From the IMG/VR virus record IMGVR_UViG_3300007513_000003: a stretch of DNA of 64,000 bases; one strand, 5' to 3'. How positions within the stretch are numbered: position 1 is the first letter of the stretch; every line of letters begins with the position of its first letter. The translations under genes were made by a program, and so were the position numbers. Positions 1 to 10,780 of this stretch are shown piece after piece. The notes beneath the pieces were generated by a model that saw only the letters and a program-made list of their open reading frames with translations, was not told the DNA's origin and searched no databases. This DNA is from a virus. Its lineage: Duplodnaviria > Caudoviricetes.

Positions 1-1
1 G

Positions 2-3000
2 CAATTGGTGCAAAAGAATAATAAATTATCAAAACCAAACCAATACCTAGTAACTAAACTAGCAGATAGTTTAGTGGGTCTTGATTCTAAAAATCGATCC
101 GTACCGGATCCTACATTACAACCAGGATCAAAATATGGTATTTTAAACTATCCAAGGCAAACAATGTTTGTCAACAAAAACGATGCTATTAAAGTCTTAG
201 TTAATTATAGTAATTCAGTATTTGTTGAAAACAGAATGGCAATAGAATATAGTTTAAGTAAACTACAGACTGCAGAAGCATTGCCAATAGATGGCTTTGA
301 TGAAGTTGTAGAAACATATGCTGAATTAACTTATATAAACACCGCAACAATTTCTAATGGATATACAGTGGTAGTTAAAAAAGATGAAACAAGAGGTAAT
401 TATTGGACACAATACTCTTGGTCAACAGCTACACAACTTTGGGCTTTTGATAAAAAACAAAAATATGATACATCTAAATATTGGGATTATAGTGATTGGT
501 ATAAGACCGGATATAGTGTTAACACTGTTATTAATTATACTGTTGCCACTAGAAATGATTTAGATAAATTAACTACCAGCACGGGTGATATTGTCAAAGT
601 TCTTGACAATGGGCAAGGTCGTTGGGAACTTTATGAAAAAACAAACCCTTACGAATTAATAGGTGAAGAAAACGCAAGTATATCTTTAAAAACAGAATTA
701 TATACTTTACCTGGGCCATTAGAAGAAATAAGATATATTATTGATGCATTAAAAGATGATTTGTTTATTAATTCATTAGAAGAACATTTTAATAAAATCT
801 GGTTTCAATTGGTCCAATATGCATTAGTTGATCAAAATTTACAGGTCGATTGGGCGTTTAAAACTAGTTTCGTAGGAGTAAATCAAACAGTAAGAGAACT
901 TTCTGAAATTGTTAATTATAGTTATGATGTTCAGGATAGTATAGAAAGTTACATTGAAGAAGCAAAGCCATATAGAACAAATTTAAGAGAATATATCTAT
1001 AGATATCCATATCTTGAAATATCTCACAATGCAGTAACAGATTTTGATTTACCAGGTTATTGGGACGAGACACAACAGATATTCCGCTCACCAAATGTAT
1101 ACGAGGCAGATGATGATCAGCGTATGCAAACAGGGCCATGGGTTAACTGGTTTAACCATTATACAAAACACGTAGAATCTATTACAGTTACTGAAGGTGG
1201 CAGTGGTTATGGTAATAGTGATATTGATGAATATGCAGAATCTGCATATGATACCACAAAATATGATGGGGCAGCCGTATCAACAACGCCTCCGGTTGTC
1301 TTTATTGAAAGCGGAGCACAATGGGAACTTGGCTATAGTTATACTAGCGACACCGACCCAGGCGAAGCAGGCGCACAAGCAGTTCTTGTGGTTCCAGAAC
1401 ATAGTCCAGATACGCTATGGTATTATAGTAGTGACATAAAAGACATGGGTTGGAAAGTGAGAATAAAACCAGCATTAAATACTCCAGAATCAAAAACATT
1501 TGCTGTTACTGTAGTAGTTGATGGCGAAGGCAATCCAGATTTTTATATTGATGGTGTAGAGCGTCCTAATTTAATATTGTATAGAGGTTCAACATATACC
1601 TTTACACAAACAGATGCAAGTAACGCCACAAGAGGGGTCTTTAGATTCTCTGCACTAGAAGATGGAACACATAGAGATGGTTCAGGCGCAACCGCTGTTC
1701 CTGTAATGACCACACCTGGTTTAGATTCAGTAGCGTCTATTACAGTTACCAACGGTGGTACAGGATATGTAACTACACCAAAAGTAATAATAGAAGGTGG
1801 TGCAGGTACTGGCGCTATAGCATATGCTAATCTAGAAAACTTTAAAGTGAGAGATATTTTAGAAACAATTAAGTTTGACCGTGTTGATGGCCCTCGACAT
1901 GTAGAAACAGTTGCAGTAACTGACGGTGGTTCCGGGTATACTTCTATACCAAATATATCATTGGCCGGCGTCGTTGATACTATCACGATAACTGAAAAAG
2001 GTTTAGGATATACAGTAGCGCCAAAAGTGCTTATTTCTGCGCCAGATGAGTTAAATGGTACACAAGCAACCGCATCATTAACACTAGATGTAGATGGTTC
2101 AATTGCTTCTGTTACTATAACAGAACAAGGCAGTGGATATATTAATAAACCATTTGTACAATTTATTAAAAATAGTCCTGCAGATCCTAATCCAACAAAA
2201 AAGGCACATGCATCAGCAATAAACACAGGATTGGGGGGTAACGGAGCACAGGCTATAGCATCCATCTCAGGGGGAGCAGTAACAAGTATTACAGTAACTG
2301 AGCAGGGTAAAGGATATCAAACGGCTCCTACCGTTGTTATTAGTGGAGGAGGTGGTAGTAGTGCTACAGCAACAGCAACAGTTACGTATTCATCTTATAA
2401 TAGATTAGAGCCTGATCATGAATTAACAAGTAAAAAACATAGTGATAGATTAACTCTTTATTATGCAGGCGGGCAAACAGGCACAAATAGTAATAAGAAT
2501 TGGAAAAATGAATTAATAGATTTGCCCAATTATGAATCAATTATTTCAGAATCTGGTTTAGAATACAAAGCAAATAAAGTGTTAGGTGCAGAATTTAGTT
2601 TAGAACCCGGTTATGACAGAGCGGCGTATGCTAAAAACGCTTTTGATGATTATGCTGTAACAGAAGAAGGTATTAGAGTTATAGCAAGTGTCGACACTGA
2701 TTTAAGTGGTGGTGATTTTAGTACATCAGGAGGTATTGATCCTGCTAATGTTGTAGTAGATGGCGATGGCTTTGTAACCGTATATACATCACACGCTCCG
2801 GAAGAACAGATTCCTGGCAGAATGTTTGATACATTAGATATGAAAGTATATGAAATGCCTTCACCTAGGAATTCGGGAGTAACGGTTAAAAAATATACTT
2901 ACTATGGTAACGGTTCAACTACTAGTTATGATTTCAGTAGTGTAGGTGGATTGCCTACAACAGACTATGGTGCAGAAGTGTATATTGATAATGTTTTAAA

Positions 3001-4891
3001 AATACGTGGTACTGATTTTACATTAAATTATGAGATAAACACAGTTAACTTGAACACTCCTGCAAACCCGGGGCAATTAGTACACGTTGTTCTTGTTGAA
3101 ACAGGTGGCGAAAATATTAGCGCCTTTAAACAAGACTTTACAGGTGACGGGTCAACAACTCAATTTATTGTTAATATTCCTTATCAATATGCACAAAATT
3201 TGTATGTAACAGTCAACGGTGGGGATGCTACATATACAGCATCTAGTTATTACAAAAAGACAAAAGTTACATTTTCATCCGCGCCCGGCGCTAATAGTAG
3301 AATAAGAGTGCATACGTTTAATATGTCTGGATTAACATTGGTTAACCCAGGATCAGGATATAGTAAAGCAAGTCCACCAACTGTGACTATTACGGGAGTA
3401 GGATCAAACGCGGCCGCCGATGCTATAGTTAATGATAATGGCGAAGTAGAAGGCTTTATTATTACAAACTTAGGAACAGGATATACGACAGCACCAACAG
3501 TTACTATTGCTCCTCCTGCTTCAGGAGTCACAGCAACAGCAACCGCGCAAGTATATGATGATAAAATTGCTGTACCATCTCCATATATTAGAATTGACTC
3601 GGAGGAATTTACACTTTCATTGCCAGGCTCACCATCATGGCCAAGTGATTATACTATTACTTATCCGAGTTTATTTGAGGAACAGGGCCCAGATATGGCC
3701 AAAGCATTTGTTTATCTAAATGGCACACGTTTAATTCCGCCCGATACAGAATACTACACCGGTGATGGCACAACAACAGTATATGCAAGTCCAACTAATC
3801 CAACGGTTAATTATGCTTCAGCCACAGATGCAGATATACAAGTGCATGTTGCTGGTGAATTAAAAACACTCACATCAGATTATACGTTTACAGGAACCCC
3901 TTCTCGCGCAGAAGTAACATTCGTAACGGCTCCTGCAGATGGTGCAGAAGTTGCCATTACAGTTAGAAACGGAAAATATTGGATTGCAAACAATCAACAG
4001 GTTATATTAGAAAATGGTAGTGGATTGTCAACGGATGCCGGTGCAGTTAATGGAGACAAGGTGTTTGTACAATCATTTGCTAACCAAACGTATAGCCAAG
4101 GGAAAACCATAACTATTGAAGGTTCGTCAATAGCAACATCTACTTCATTAGAAAGATTTGACGCTATAATTTATGATACTTCCGGATACGCAGGCGATGT
4201 AAGTGTTAGCATTGCTACGCCGGTTTATGATATTAGATTATTACAAGAAGAATATAATACCAACTATGCTTGGGTATGGTTAAATGGCGTTTATCAGATT
4301 GCTAACCATGATTATTATATTACAGATGATGGTTATTTAGTTATGACTCCTCGCACTGGAGTAATTCTAGCGACAGATAAAATTACAGTATCGACTATGC
4401 GCGGTGCTGAAGCAGAACAAGAACAAAGCATTGGATTTAGAATTTGGAAAGATATGTTCGACCAAATTGCTTATTATAGAATTGCAACAGACAATATTAC
4501 TACGCTTGCTGATACACTTGAATATACTGATTTAGAAATTCATGTAACAGACGCTTCTAAATTATTAACGCCTAATCCAAGTGATGGCATACCAGGTGTT
4601 ATATTCATTGGTGGTGAACGTATTGAGTATTGGGAAATTGATAGCAACAAACTAAAAAGAATTCGCAGAGGTACATGGGGCACAGGTGTTGTTACTACAC
4701 ATGCGTCAGGTACAGAAGTAGTAGATAGCAGTAAGCAACAAATTGTTCCGGGCGGGTCAGACTCACATACAAAGGTATGGTATGACCAAGGAACAAGCAC
4801 AGCAACAAATGGATTAGGGTTGGGAATGGCAACCACACAACAAGTAAAATTCTTAAAAGAAGGGCCGTTAACTATTCCAAAGGCATATTAA
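2..4891 (+). CDS. large virion structural protein (baseplate wedge/tail), 5' truncated by the window
   Basis: Frame open from the window edge; repeated ITVTxGGSGYxxxPxVxI motifs and F/YTGDGxTTxF motifs typical of large T4-like phage structural proteins; upstream of tail-fibre genes. Confidence 0.75.
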   Translation, partial: QLVQKNNKLSKPNQYLVTKLADSLVGLDSKNRSVPDPTLQPGSKYGILNYPRQTMFVNKNDAIKVLVNYSNSVFVENRMAIEYSLSKLQTAEALPIDGFDEVVETYAELTYINTATISNGYTVVVKKDETRGNYWTQYSWSTATQLWAFDKKQKYDTSKYWDYSDWYKTGYSVNTVINYTVATRNDLDKLTTSTGDIVKVLDNGQGRWELYEKTNPYELIGEENASISLKTELYTLPGPLEEIRYIIDALKDDLFINSLEEHFNKIWFQLVQYALVDQNLQVDWAFKTSFVGVNQTVRELSEIVNYSYDVQDSIESYIEEAKPYRTNLREYIYRYPYLEISHNAVTDFDLPGYWDETQQIFRSPNVYEADDDQRMQTGPWVNWFNHYTKHVESITVTEGGSGYGNSDIDEYAESAYDTTKYDGAAVSTTPPVVFIESGAQWELGYSYTSDTDPGEAGAQAVLVVPEHSPDTLWYYSSDIKDMGWKVRIKPALNTPESKTFAVTVVVDGEGNPDFYIDGVERPNLILYRGSTYTFTQTDASNATRGVFRFSALEDGTHRDGSGATAVPVMTTPGLDSVASITVTNGGTGYVTTPKVIIEGGAGTGAIAYANLENFKVRDILETIKFDRVDGPRHVETVAVTDGGSGYTSIPNISLAGVVDTITITEKGLGYTVAPKVLISAPDELNGTQATASLTLDVDGSIASVTITEQGSGYINKPFVQFIKNSPADPNPTKKAHASAINTGLGGNGAQAIASISGGAVTSITVTEQGKGYQTAPTVVISGGGGSSATATATVTYSSYNRLEPDHELTSKKHSDRLTLYYAGGQTGTNSNKNWKNELIDLPNYESIISESGLEYKANKVLGAEFSLEPGYDRAAYAKNAFDDYAVTEEGIRVIASVDTDLSGGDFSTSGGIDPANVVVDGDGFVTVYTSHAPEEQIPGRMFDTLDMKVYEMPSPRNSGVTVKKYTYYGNGSTTSYDFSSVGGLPTTDYGAEVYIDNVLKIRGTDFTLNYEINTVNLNTPANPGQLVHVVLVETGGENISAFKQDFTGDGSTTQFIVNIPYQYAQNLYVTVNGGDATYTASSYYKKTKVTFSSAPGANSRIRVHTFNMSGLTLVNPGSGYSKASPPTVTITGVGSNAAADAIVNDNGEVEGFIITNLGTGYTTAPTVTIAPPASGVTATATAQVYDDKIAVPSPYIRIDSEEFTLSLPGSPSWPSDYTITYPSLFEEQGPDMAKAFVYLNGTRLIPPDTEYYTGDGTTTVYASPTNPTVNYASATDADIQVHVAGELKTLTSDYTFTGTPSRAEVTFVTAPADGAEVAITVRNGKYWIANNQQVILENGSGLSTDAGAVNGDKVFVQSFANQTYSQGKTITIEGSSIATSTSLERFDAIIYDTSGYAGDVSVSIATPVYDIRLLQEEYNTNYAWVWLNGVYQIANHDYYITDDGYLVMTPRTGVILATDKITVSTMRGAEAEQEQSIGFRIWKDMFDQIAYYRIATDNITTLADTLEYTDLEIHVTDASKLLTPNPSDGIPGVIFIGGERIEYWEIDSNKLKRIRRGTWGTGVVTTHASGTEVVDSSKQQIVPGGSDSHTKVWYDQGTSTATNGLGLGMATTQQVKFLKEGPLTIPKAY

Positions 4892-4908
4892 TAGGATAAA
4901 TATACAAG

Positions 4909-5574
4909 ATGGAAAACGAACAAATCAACAACAGTGAAGAACAAAAAGATATGGAAGTGAAACAACCTAATGAAATTCCTAATGTGCATATCGAAGGCCA
5001 CATTAAAATCTTTGATCCTGAAACAGATGAAGTTTTTGTAGATAAGCGTAACGCTATTCATTATGAAAACTTTTCTTTGGCATTAGCGAAAAGTGTTGCT
5101 AATAAAACAACAGGATTTATTCACGAAATGCATTTTGGCAACGGCGGTACTTCAGTATCAACTACTGGTATTATCACTTACTTGCCTGCAAATAACTCAG
5201 GTAGTTCTGCAGATTTATATAACAAAACCTACTACAAAGTTATTGATGATACAAGTAGTTCTAATCCAGATCCAATTCGTAACAAAATGACAGTGGGCCA
5301 TACTGCTGGCACAGTTTATTCTGATATCCTAGTTACATGTTTGTTAGATTACGGTGAACCTGCAGGTCAAGAAGCATTTGATAACTCCGCTTCACTAGAC
5401 GGTACATATGTATTTGACGAACTAGGCTTAAAGAGTTGGGAAGGCACAATTGGTGAAGGCAATTTGCTTACACACGTAGTTTTCCACCCTGTACAGAAGT
5501 CATTAAACCGTTTGATTCAAATTGACTACACAATACGTATTCAAACGCTTACAAACCTAAGTTCTGCTACATAA
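4909..5574 (+). CDS. putative baseplate/tail-associated protein
   Basis: 221 aa, between structural genes; FDELGL...LLTHVVFHPVQKS..IDYTIRI resembles phage tail/baseplate proteins; GATAAATA at 4895-4902 upstream. Confidence 0.55.
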   Translation: MENEQINNSEEQKDMEVKQPNEIPNVHIEGHIKIFDPETDEVFVDKRNAIHYENFSLALAKSVANKTTGFIHEMHFGNGGTSVSTTGIITYLPANNSGSSADLYNKTYYKVIDDTSSSNPDPIRNKMTVGHTAGTVYSDILVTCLLDYGEPAGQEAFDNSASLDGTYVFDELGLKSWEGTIGEGNLLTHVVFHPVQKSLNRLIQIDYTIRIQTLTNLSSAT

Positions 5575-5618
5575 GGGCCCTAAAAAACCACTTTTTCTGC
5601 TCTATTATTCCACATTAC

Positions 5619-5637
5619 TATAAATAGAATATAAATA
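5619..5637 (+). promoter_or_regulatory. tandem T4-type late promoters (TATAAATA x2)
   Basis: Exact TATAAATA at 5619-5626 and 5630-5637 in the intergenic gap before the tail-fibre gene. Confidence 0.7.
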
Positions 5638-5727
5638 ATAGTAGCATATTATATATGTAATGCCAAATCAATTACGGCAATAATAGCCGCGGCAAACACA
5701 TAATCGATTATACATGGAGAAATAAAA

Positions 5728-7269
5728 GTGGCATATACAGTTAATAAAACAGACGGTTCAGTCTTAACTACGGTTGCAGACTCAACGCTGGATACAACAA
5801 CCGACCTGACGCTTATTGGTAAGAATTATGCTGGATATGGCGAGATTCAAAATGAAAATTTTGTCTTTATGCTAGAAAATTTTGCAAATACTTCAGCACC
5901 AAGTTCACCGGTGGCGGGTCAACTTTGGTGGGACACTGCCAATACGTTATTGAATGTTTACACTGGATCAAATTGGAAAGGTGCAGGTGGAATAACAATT
6001 AGGGCATCAGCACCATCCGGTCCTTCAGAAGGTGAATTGTGGTTTGATACAGTAAATGATCAACTATTTGCATACGACGGTGGTTCATGGATTCTTGTTG
6101 GTCCATTGTATGCAGGTGGTGTTAAAACGGGACCCGTTATAGAAACAATTACTGATACATTGGCAGTTGATCATACTGTAATTACAATGTATGTAGGAAA
6201 TTCAAGAGTTTCTATTATATCTAAAGATACGTCCTTTACACCAAACGTTGCTATTTCTGGTTTTGCAACAGTTGAACCAGGATACAATTTAAGTACAACA
6301 GTAGCAGGTGCTAAATGGCACGGAACCGCAACAAACTCAGATAAATTAGGAAGTGTTGCGGCCGCTAGCTACATGCGTTCAGATACTAATGAATCTACAT
6401 CAGGATCAATTAGTATTTTAAATGACAATGGTATAGTAGTTGGTGTTGATTCTGATTTTAGCGCAACAGTAGCAGGTGATGATGTATCACTTAAGAACAA
6501 TACAAGTAATGGTAATGTATACATTAATGTTAATCAAGGCGGTACTCCAACAAACGCTATTACTGTTGATGGTTCAACAACCGCTGTAACAATCGCGGGC
6601 GATTTATCAGTTGGTGGAACTACTACAACAATTAATACTAACAACTTGTTGGTAGAAGATCCGTTAATTGTTCTTTCTAAGAACGTAACAGGCGCGGGCC
6701 CGCATCCGGACGCAGGCTTAATAGTAGAAAGAGGATCTACTTCAAATGTTGGATTTATTTGGGATCGATCAGGTACTGAATGGGCGGCTGTCGTTACAGC
6801 AGAAACAGGTAGTACATCAGGTGATGTAACAATTGATAGTTATGCCAATATTCATTGTGGAACCTTAACCGGTCTAGCAACATCAGCACAATACGCTGAC
6901 TTGGCAGAAAAGTTTGTAGCAGACTATGACTACGATGCAGGTACTGTTGTTCAAATTGGTGGCGAATGTGAAGTTACAATGTGTGAAACAAGCGCATCTG
7001 AAGATGTATTGGGCGTTGTAAGTTCATATCCGGCGTACTTGATGAATAGTGATCAAGAAGATGGTGTTCAAATAGCATTAGCAGGCAGAGTTGCAGTTAA
7101 AATTACTGGTTCTATTGCAAAAGGTGACAGGATTGTGGCCGCTGGCAACGGAACTGCTAGAAAGGCAACAAGAAAAGAAATGACTGCATTTAACGTTATT
7201 GGAAGGGCCCTTGAAAGCAATTCTGATGAAGATGAAAAGTTAGTTCTTTGTATTGTTCGAGCAGTCTAA
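5728..7269 (+). CDS. tail fibre protein with C-terminal intramolecular-chaperone (peptidase G2-like) domain
   Basis: GTG start with GGAG RBS; N-terminal ENF/GQLWWD/GELWFD fibre motifs; C-terminal ADLAEKF...GVVS..PAYLMN...IALAGRV.VK...GD.IV...IGRALE. Confidence 0.75.
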   Translation: MAYTVNKTDGSVLTTVADSTLDTTTDLTLIGKNYAGYGEIQNENFVFMLENFANTSAPSSPVAGQLWWDTANTLLNVYTGSNWKGAGGITIRASAPSGPSEGELWFDTVNDQLFAYDGGSWILVGPLYAGGVKTGPVIETITDTLAVDHTVITMYVGNSRVSIISKDTSFTPNVAISGFATVEPGYNLSTTVAGAKWHGTATNSDKLGSVAAASYMRSDTNESTSGSISILNDNGIVVGVDSDFSATVAGDDVSLKNNTSNGNVYINVNQGGTPTNAITVDGSTTAVTIAGDLSVGGTTTTINTNNLLVEDPLIVLSKNVTGAGPHPDAGLIVERGSTSNVGFIWDRSGTEWAAVVTAETGSTSGDVTIDSYANIHCGTLTGLATSAQYADLAEKFVADYDYDAGTVVQIGGECEVTMCETSASEDVLGVVSSYPAYLMNSDQEDGVQIALAGRVAVKITGSIAKGDRIVAAGNGTARKATRKEMTAFNVIGRALESNSDEDEKLVLCIVRAV

Positions 7270-7280
7270 GTTACAAACGA

Positions 7281-7288
7281 TATAAATA
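7281..7288 (+). promoter_or_regulatory. T4-type late promoter TATAAATA
   Basis: Exact match upstream of 7395. Confidence 0.7.
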
Positions 7289-7306
7289 AGTATATATATA
7301 ACTATA

Positions 7307-7340
7307 TATTCTCTCCCTTCCTAACAGTAGGGGGAGAATA
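7307..7340 (+). other. GC-containing stem-loop in the 5' leader of the 303-aa structural gene
   Basis: TATTCTCTCCCT / AGGGGGAGAATA arms (with G-U pairs) just downstream of the late promoter. Confidence 0.45.
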
Positions 7341-7394
7341 GTGAGTTAAAACTCGAGTTTAAAAACGAAAAATCCTTAAGGAGAATTAAAAAAG

Positions 7395-8306
7395 ATGGCA
7401 TATTCAACCGGTGATACAATTCTCGCTACACACTATAATGGCTTTGTGACTAGTGTTAACACCATCTGGGGAACAGGCGGTGGTGACGATGGTTATGGTC
7501 AAAGTAATGTAATTTCAACCGTAAGCGCATCTGACACAGTAACAGCAACCCAGTGGGCAACGTTGTTAGCAAGAATTTCTTCAGCCGCGTCCCATCAAGG
7601 CAGTTCAATTACCGCTATTTCAACACCAAGTGCAGGTGATACAATTAGCGCATACGCCGCTCTATCAACAAACATTGGCACAATTGATACAAGCAAGTTA
7701 AACATTACTTCACCTAACTATGATGATACTACTAGCACTGGTAGTGGATCAGCTAGCTGGACAACAAGTACTGTTGACGAGTTTACATTAACATGGTCAA
7801 GTGGCGACGAAGCAAGATATTATTATAATGCAGGTGGTAGCACCCGTCTTACGTTTAGTAGATCAGGCGGTACATCACATACAAAAAATACAGAATGGGC
7901 AAACTTGGCAACTGCATGTGGCACAGTTATTTTTGCCGCACAAGGCACAACCAAGTCAGGCGGATCTGGTACAGTAGATACAGAAGCAACAACAATTGGT
8001 TATCATGACATGTCAACAAGCAACCAGTTAATATTTAGACAGTATGAAGGCGATAGTCCTTACACATCTAACTATATTTCTGTACAGGCAAAGTCAAATG
8101 GTACACAAGGTTCAAACAGCGACAAAGGTAGTGTTTTAACATTTACTATTACTTGGGCTGACGCGGCCGCAGATGACTTTGATGATACAGTAGACGGTAC
8201 AGTAACTAATACTGTTACACATAGAACACCAAACACAACTCAATTAAACAATGCGAGTTGGACTGGCGCGCCTACGTATGCTAGTTCAAGTTTCGCACAA
8301 TCATAA
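7395..8306 (+). CDS. Ser/Thr-rich virion structural protein (short fibre/collar-like)
   Basis: AAGGAG RBS, late promoter, MAYxxGDxIxAxxYN start typical of phage fibre proteins, S/T/G-rich. Confidence 0.65.
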   Translation: MAYSTGDTILATHYNGFVTSVNTIWGTGGGDDGYGQSNVISTVSASDTVTATQWATLLARISSAASHQGSSITAISTPSAGDTISAYAALSTNIGTIDTSKLNITSPNYDDTTSTGSGSASWTTSTVDEFTLTWSSGDEARYYYNAGGSTRLTFSRSGGTSHTKNTEWANLATACGTVIFAAQGTTKSGGSGTVDTEATTIGYHDMSTSNQLIFRQYEGDSPYTSNYISVQAKSNGTQGSNSDKGSVLTFTITWADAAADDFDDTVDGTVTNTVTHRTPNTTQLNNASWTGAPTYASSSFAQS

Positions 8307-8320
8307 CTTGACAATTTAAA

Positions 8321-8349
8321 TTGACAATTAAAAGCATTTAATATATAAT
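8321..8349 (+). promoter_or_regulatory. sigma70-type promoter for the modification cluster
   Basis: TTGACA (8321-8326), 17 bp, TATATA; a second TTGACA at 8308-8313. Confidence 0.5.
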
Positions 8350-8356
8350 AATGTAT

Positions 8357-8707
8357 ATGAGTGCAAAAGAAGTAGTAAAGAAAAAGTTTAACCAAAAGGT
8401 GGCTCATGCAACAAAGCGTGAGACCACCCTAGGTTTACTTTCCCTTCCTTATAACGGTGGCTTATTTAAAGTAACACAGGAGTTAATAAGTTTTGGTGAA
8501 TTAATGTCTTTAAGACACCAAATAGCCACACAAAATGACTTAGATGCAAATCCAACAGTAGTTTTAGATTCATTTGAAAACCCAATTTTAATTGAGGATC
8601 CAGTAGATTTTACACAGAAGTTATGGCAACGGTATTACGAAGTAACAAACGAATACTATGCCGAACTAGAAAAAATTCGACAAATTAGAAAACCAGACCA
8701 AATTTAA
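8357..8707 (+). CDS. hypothetical protein
   Basis: ORF (alternative ATG 8351), stop overlaps the next start. Confidence 0.6.
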   Translation: MSAKEVVKKKFNQKVAHATKRETTLGLLSLPYNGGLFKVTQELISFGELMSLRHQIATQNDLDANPTVVLDSFENPILIEDPVDFTQKLWQRYYEVTNEYYAELEKIRQIRKPDQI

Positions 8708-9549
8708 TGCCAGATGAAAAAGGCGTATTATTATTTGCGTATGATAACGAATCAATAAGTTACACAAATCTCGCCATTATTTGTGCTTTATTAGTACGCA
8801 AACACTTACCAGGAACAGGAATAGCGTTAGTTACTAACAATCCTGTCGATGGCCCCTTCGATCATATTATACACGTTGACGCTGGGAACAGCGGAAGAAG
8901 AACATTTAGAGGCCCGGAGGGAGAACTCGAAGAACTTACATGGCACAATAAAACTAGACCCTTAGCATACGATATTTCTCCATTCCACAAAACTTTATTA
9001 TTAGATGTAGATTATCTTATGTTTAATAATTCGTTGCAAGGGATATTTCAAACACAAGAAGAACTAATATGTCATAAAGATGTGTTTGATATAACAGAAA
9101 ATCATAGTTTTATTGATGATAAGTTATTGCATTGGAGTAGCATACCGATGCTGTGGGCAACTGTATTATATTTTACTAAAGGAGAAACTGCTAAAGCATT
9201 TTTCGATTTAATGAAAATGATACAAGAAAATTATATGTATTATTATAATCTATATAATTTCAAGAAAGGCCCATACAGAAACGACTATGCTATAAGTATT
9301 GCATATAACCTTCTAAGCTTAGAAGGTTACTTCGACAACTCCCTCCTTACCTTACCTTCTCAATATATTGTTAGTGATGTTAGAGAAGATGGTACGGTAG
9401 TGTATGAGTTTGATAATTGTTTATCAACAATAACAAATGCTAATTTACACATTATGAACAAGCACAGTATATTAGAAAATGCAAATAATATTATACGATA
9501 CGCAACACAACCTACTTTAATCCACACAGCACATGAAGCGAATCAATGA
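8707..9549 (+). CDS. GT-A fold glycosyltransferase-like protein (paralogue 1)
   Basis: SPFxKTLLLDVD DxD motif, W.T.LYF.K, RND/YAxSIA motifs; similar to the next gene. Confidence 0.6.
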   Translation: MPDEKGVLLFAYDNESISYTNLAIICALLVRKHLPGTGIALVTNNPVDGPFDHIIHVDAGNSGRRTFRGPEGELEELTWHNKTRPLAYDISPFHKTLLLDVDYLMFNNSLQGIFQTQEELICHKDVFDITENHSFIDDKLLHWSSIPMLWATVLYFTKGETAKAFFDLMKMIQENYMYYYNLYNFKKGPYRNDYAISIAYNLLSLEGYFDNSLLTLPSQYIVSDVREDGTVVYEFDNCLSTITNANLHIMNKHSILENANNIIRYATQPTLIHTAHEANQ

Positions 9550-10396
9550 TCACAGTGAGCAAATAGGTTACTTTACATTTGTTCAAAACAATGAAACAAC
9601 AGACTATTTAAAACTTGCGTATGCGTGTGGTTTAAGTTTAAAGGCAACACAAAGCATAAACAAGTTTGCTATAGCAGTAGACGAAGCAACTAAAGAATGT
9701 TTGGAAGACAAACATTATAAAGTATTTGATTATGTTATAGATATACCGTGGGGAGATGATAGCGAAGAAGATAGTTGGAAGTTAGGCAACGAATGGAAGG
9801 CGTGGGCAATAACACCATTTAAAGAAACAGTTAAATTAGACTGTGATATGGTGTTTACCAGAAACGTTGACCATTGGTGGACATTTATGCGAGAGCAAGA
9901 AATACTAATTGCGACGAATGTACGTAAATTAAATGGACACATTGCCACATCACGCAAATATAGAAGTGTATTTGATGAAAATAATTTACCAAACGTATAT
10001 AGTGGGTTTATGTATTTTCGTTACGGTGAGGAAAGTTTAAAACTGTTTAAAACACTCAAATGGGTTTACAAAAACTGGAATACAGTAACAGAGAATATTA
10101 AAAACTGTAGAGATAATAAACCCACAACAGATGTTGCGTTAGCTATTGCGTTAGTATTGCAAGAGCAAGAATATACATATACAAATAAAATTATAGATTA
10201 CCCAACATTTGTACATTTAAAACCAAGCATTCTAGAATGGCCAGAGCAACACAAAATAGAGGATGTTGTTAATATAAGTTATAGTGATGATGTGGGATTA
10301 CTTATTGGTGTTGAGCCACAGTTATACCCAGTACATGGTGCTGATTGTAAAGAATACTTGGCTGATAAAACAATAGAGTACTATGAAAGGACTTAA
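9533..10396 (+). CDS. GT-A fold glycosyltransferase-like protein (paralogue 2)
   Basis: TPFKETVKLDCD DxD motif, YSGFMYF, TTDVALAIA. Confidence 0.6.
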   Translation: MKRINDHSEQIGYFTFVQNNETTDYLKLAYACGLSLKATQSINKFAIAVDEATKECLEDKHYKVFDYVIDIPWGDDSEEDSWKLGNEWKAWAITPFKETVKLDCDMVFTRNVDHWWTFMREQEILIATNVRKLNGHIATSRKYRSVFDENNLPNVYSGFMYFRYGEESLKLFKTLKWVYKNWNTVTENIKNCRDNKPTTDVALAIALVLQEQEYTYTNKIIDYPTFVHLKPSILEWPEQHKIEDVVNISYSDDVGLLIGVEPQLYPVHGADCKEYLADKTIEYYERT

Positions 10397-10772
10397 TGAG
10401 TTTTTAGAAGCATTAGAAGGCTTTAACTATAGTGAAAAGGAAAAGCCAGATTATTGTTTATATTATGATGACTCAGGCAGAATATACGAAGCATCAACAG
10501 AAGAACGAGAAGGATTAAGTTATATAAAAGTTCCATGGAACTGGCCAAACGATAACTTTATTACAGATTGGACTGTTGAAGATGGTAAGTTAAAGCCTAT
10601 AGAAAAATATAATAGCGCAATATCAAAATATAAACAAATAACACATGCTTCAGAGTTAGACCATACTCGTCCTGTATTAGTTACTAATAAAGATCATAGG
10701 TTAATTAAACGTGTTATTAATCCAGACCAAGTCAAATTTATTAAAGATGAAAGTTATTACCAATTACAATAG
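10383..10772 (+). CDS. hypothetical protein
   Basis: 129-aa ORF overlapping the previous stop. Confidence 0.6.
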   Translation: MKGLNEFLEALEGFNYSEKEKPDYCLYYDDSGRIYEASTEEREGLSYIKVPWNWPNDNFITDWTVEDGKLKPIEKYNSAISKYKQITHASELDHTRPVLVTNKDHRLIKRVINPDQVKFIKDESYYQLQ

Positions 10773-10780
10773 GAGGAAAA

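Noticed and set aside
1543-2265. 240-aa - strand ORF (and similar antisense ORFs at 3250, 4540, 16148, 35577 and 55341)
   Set aside because: Antisense shadows of well-supported genes; no RBS and no family motifs.
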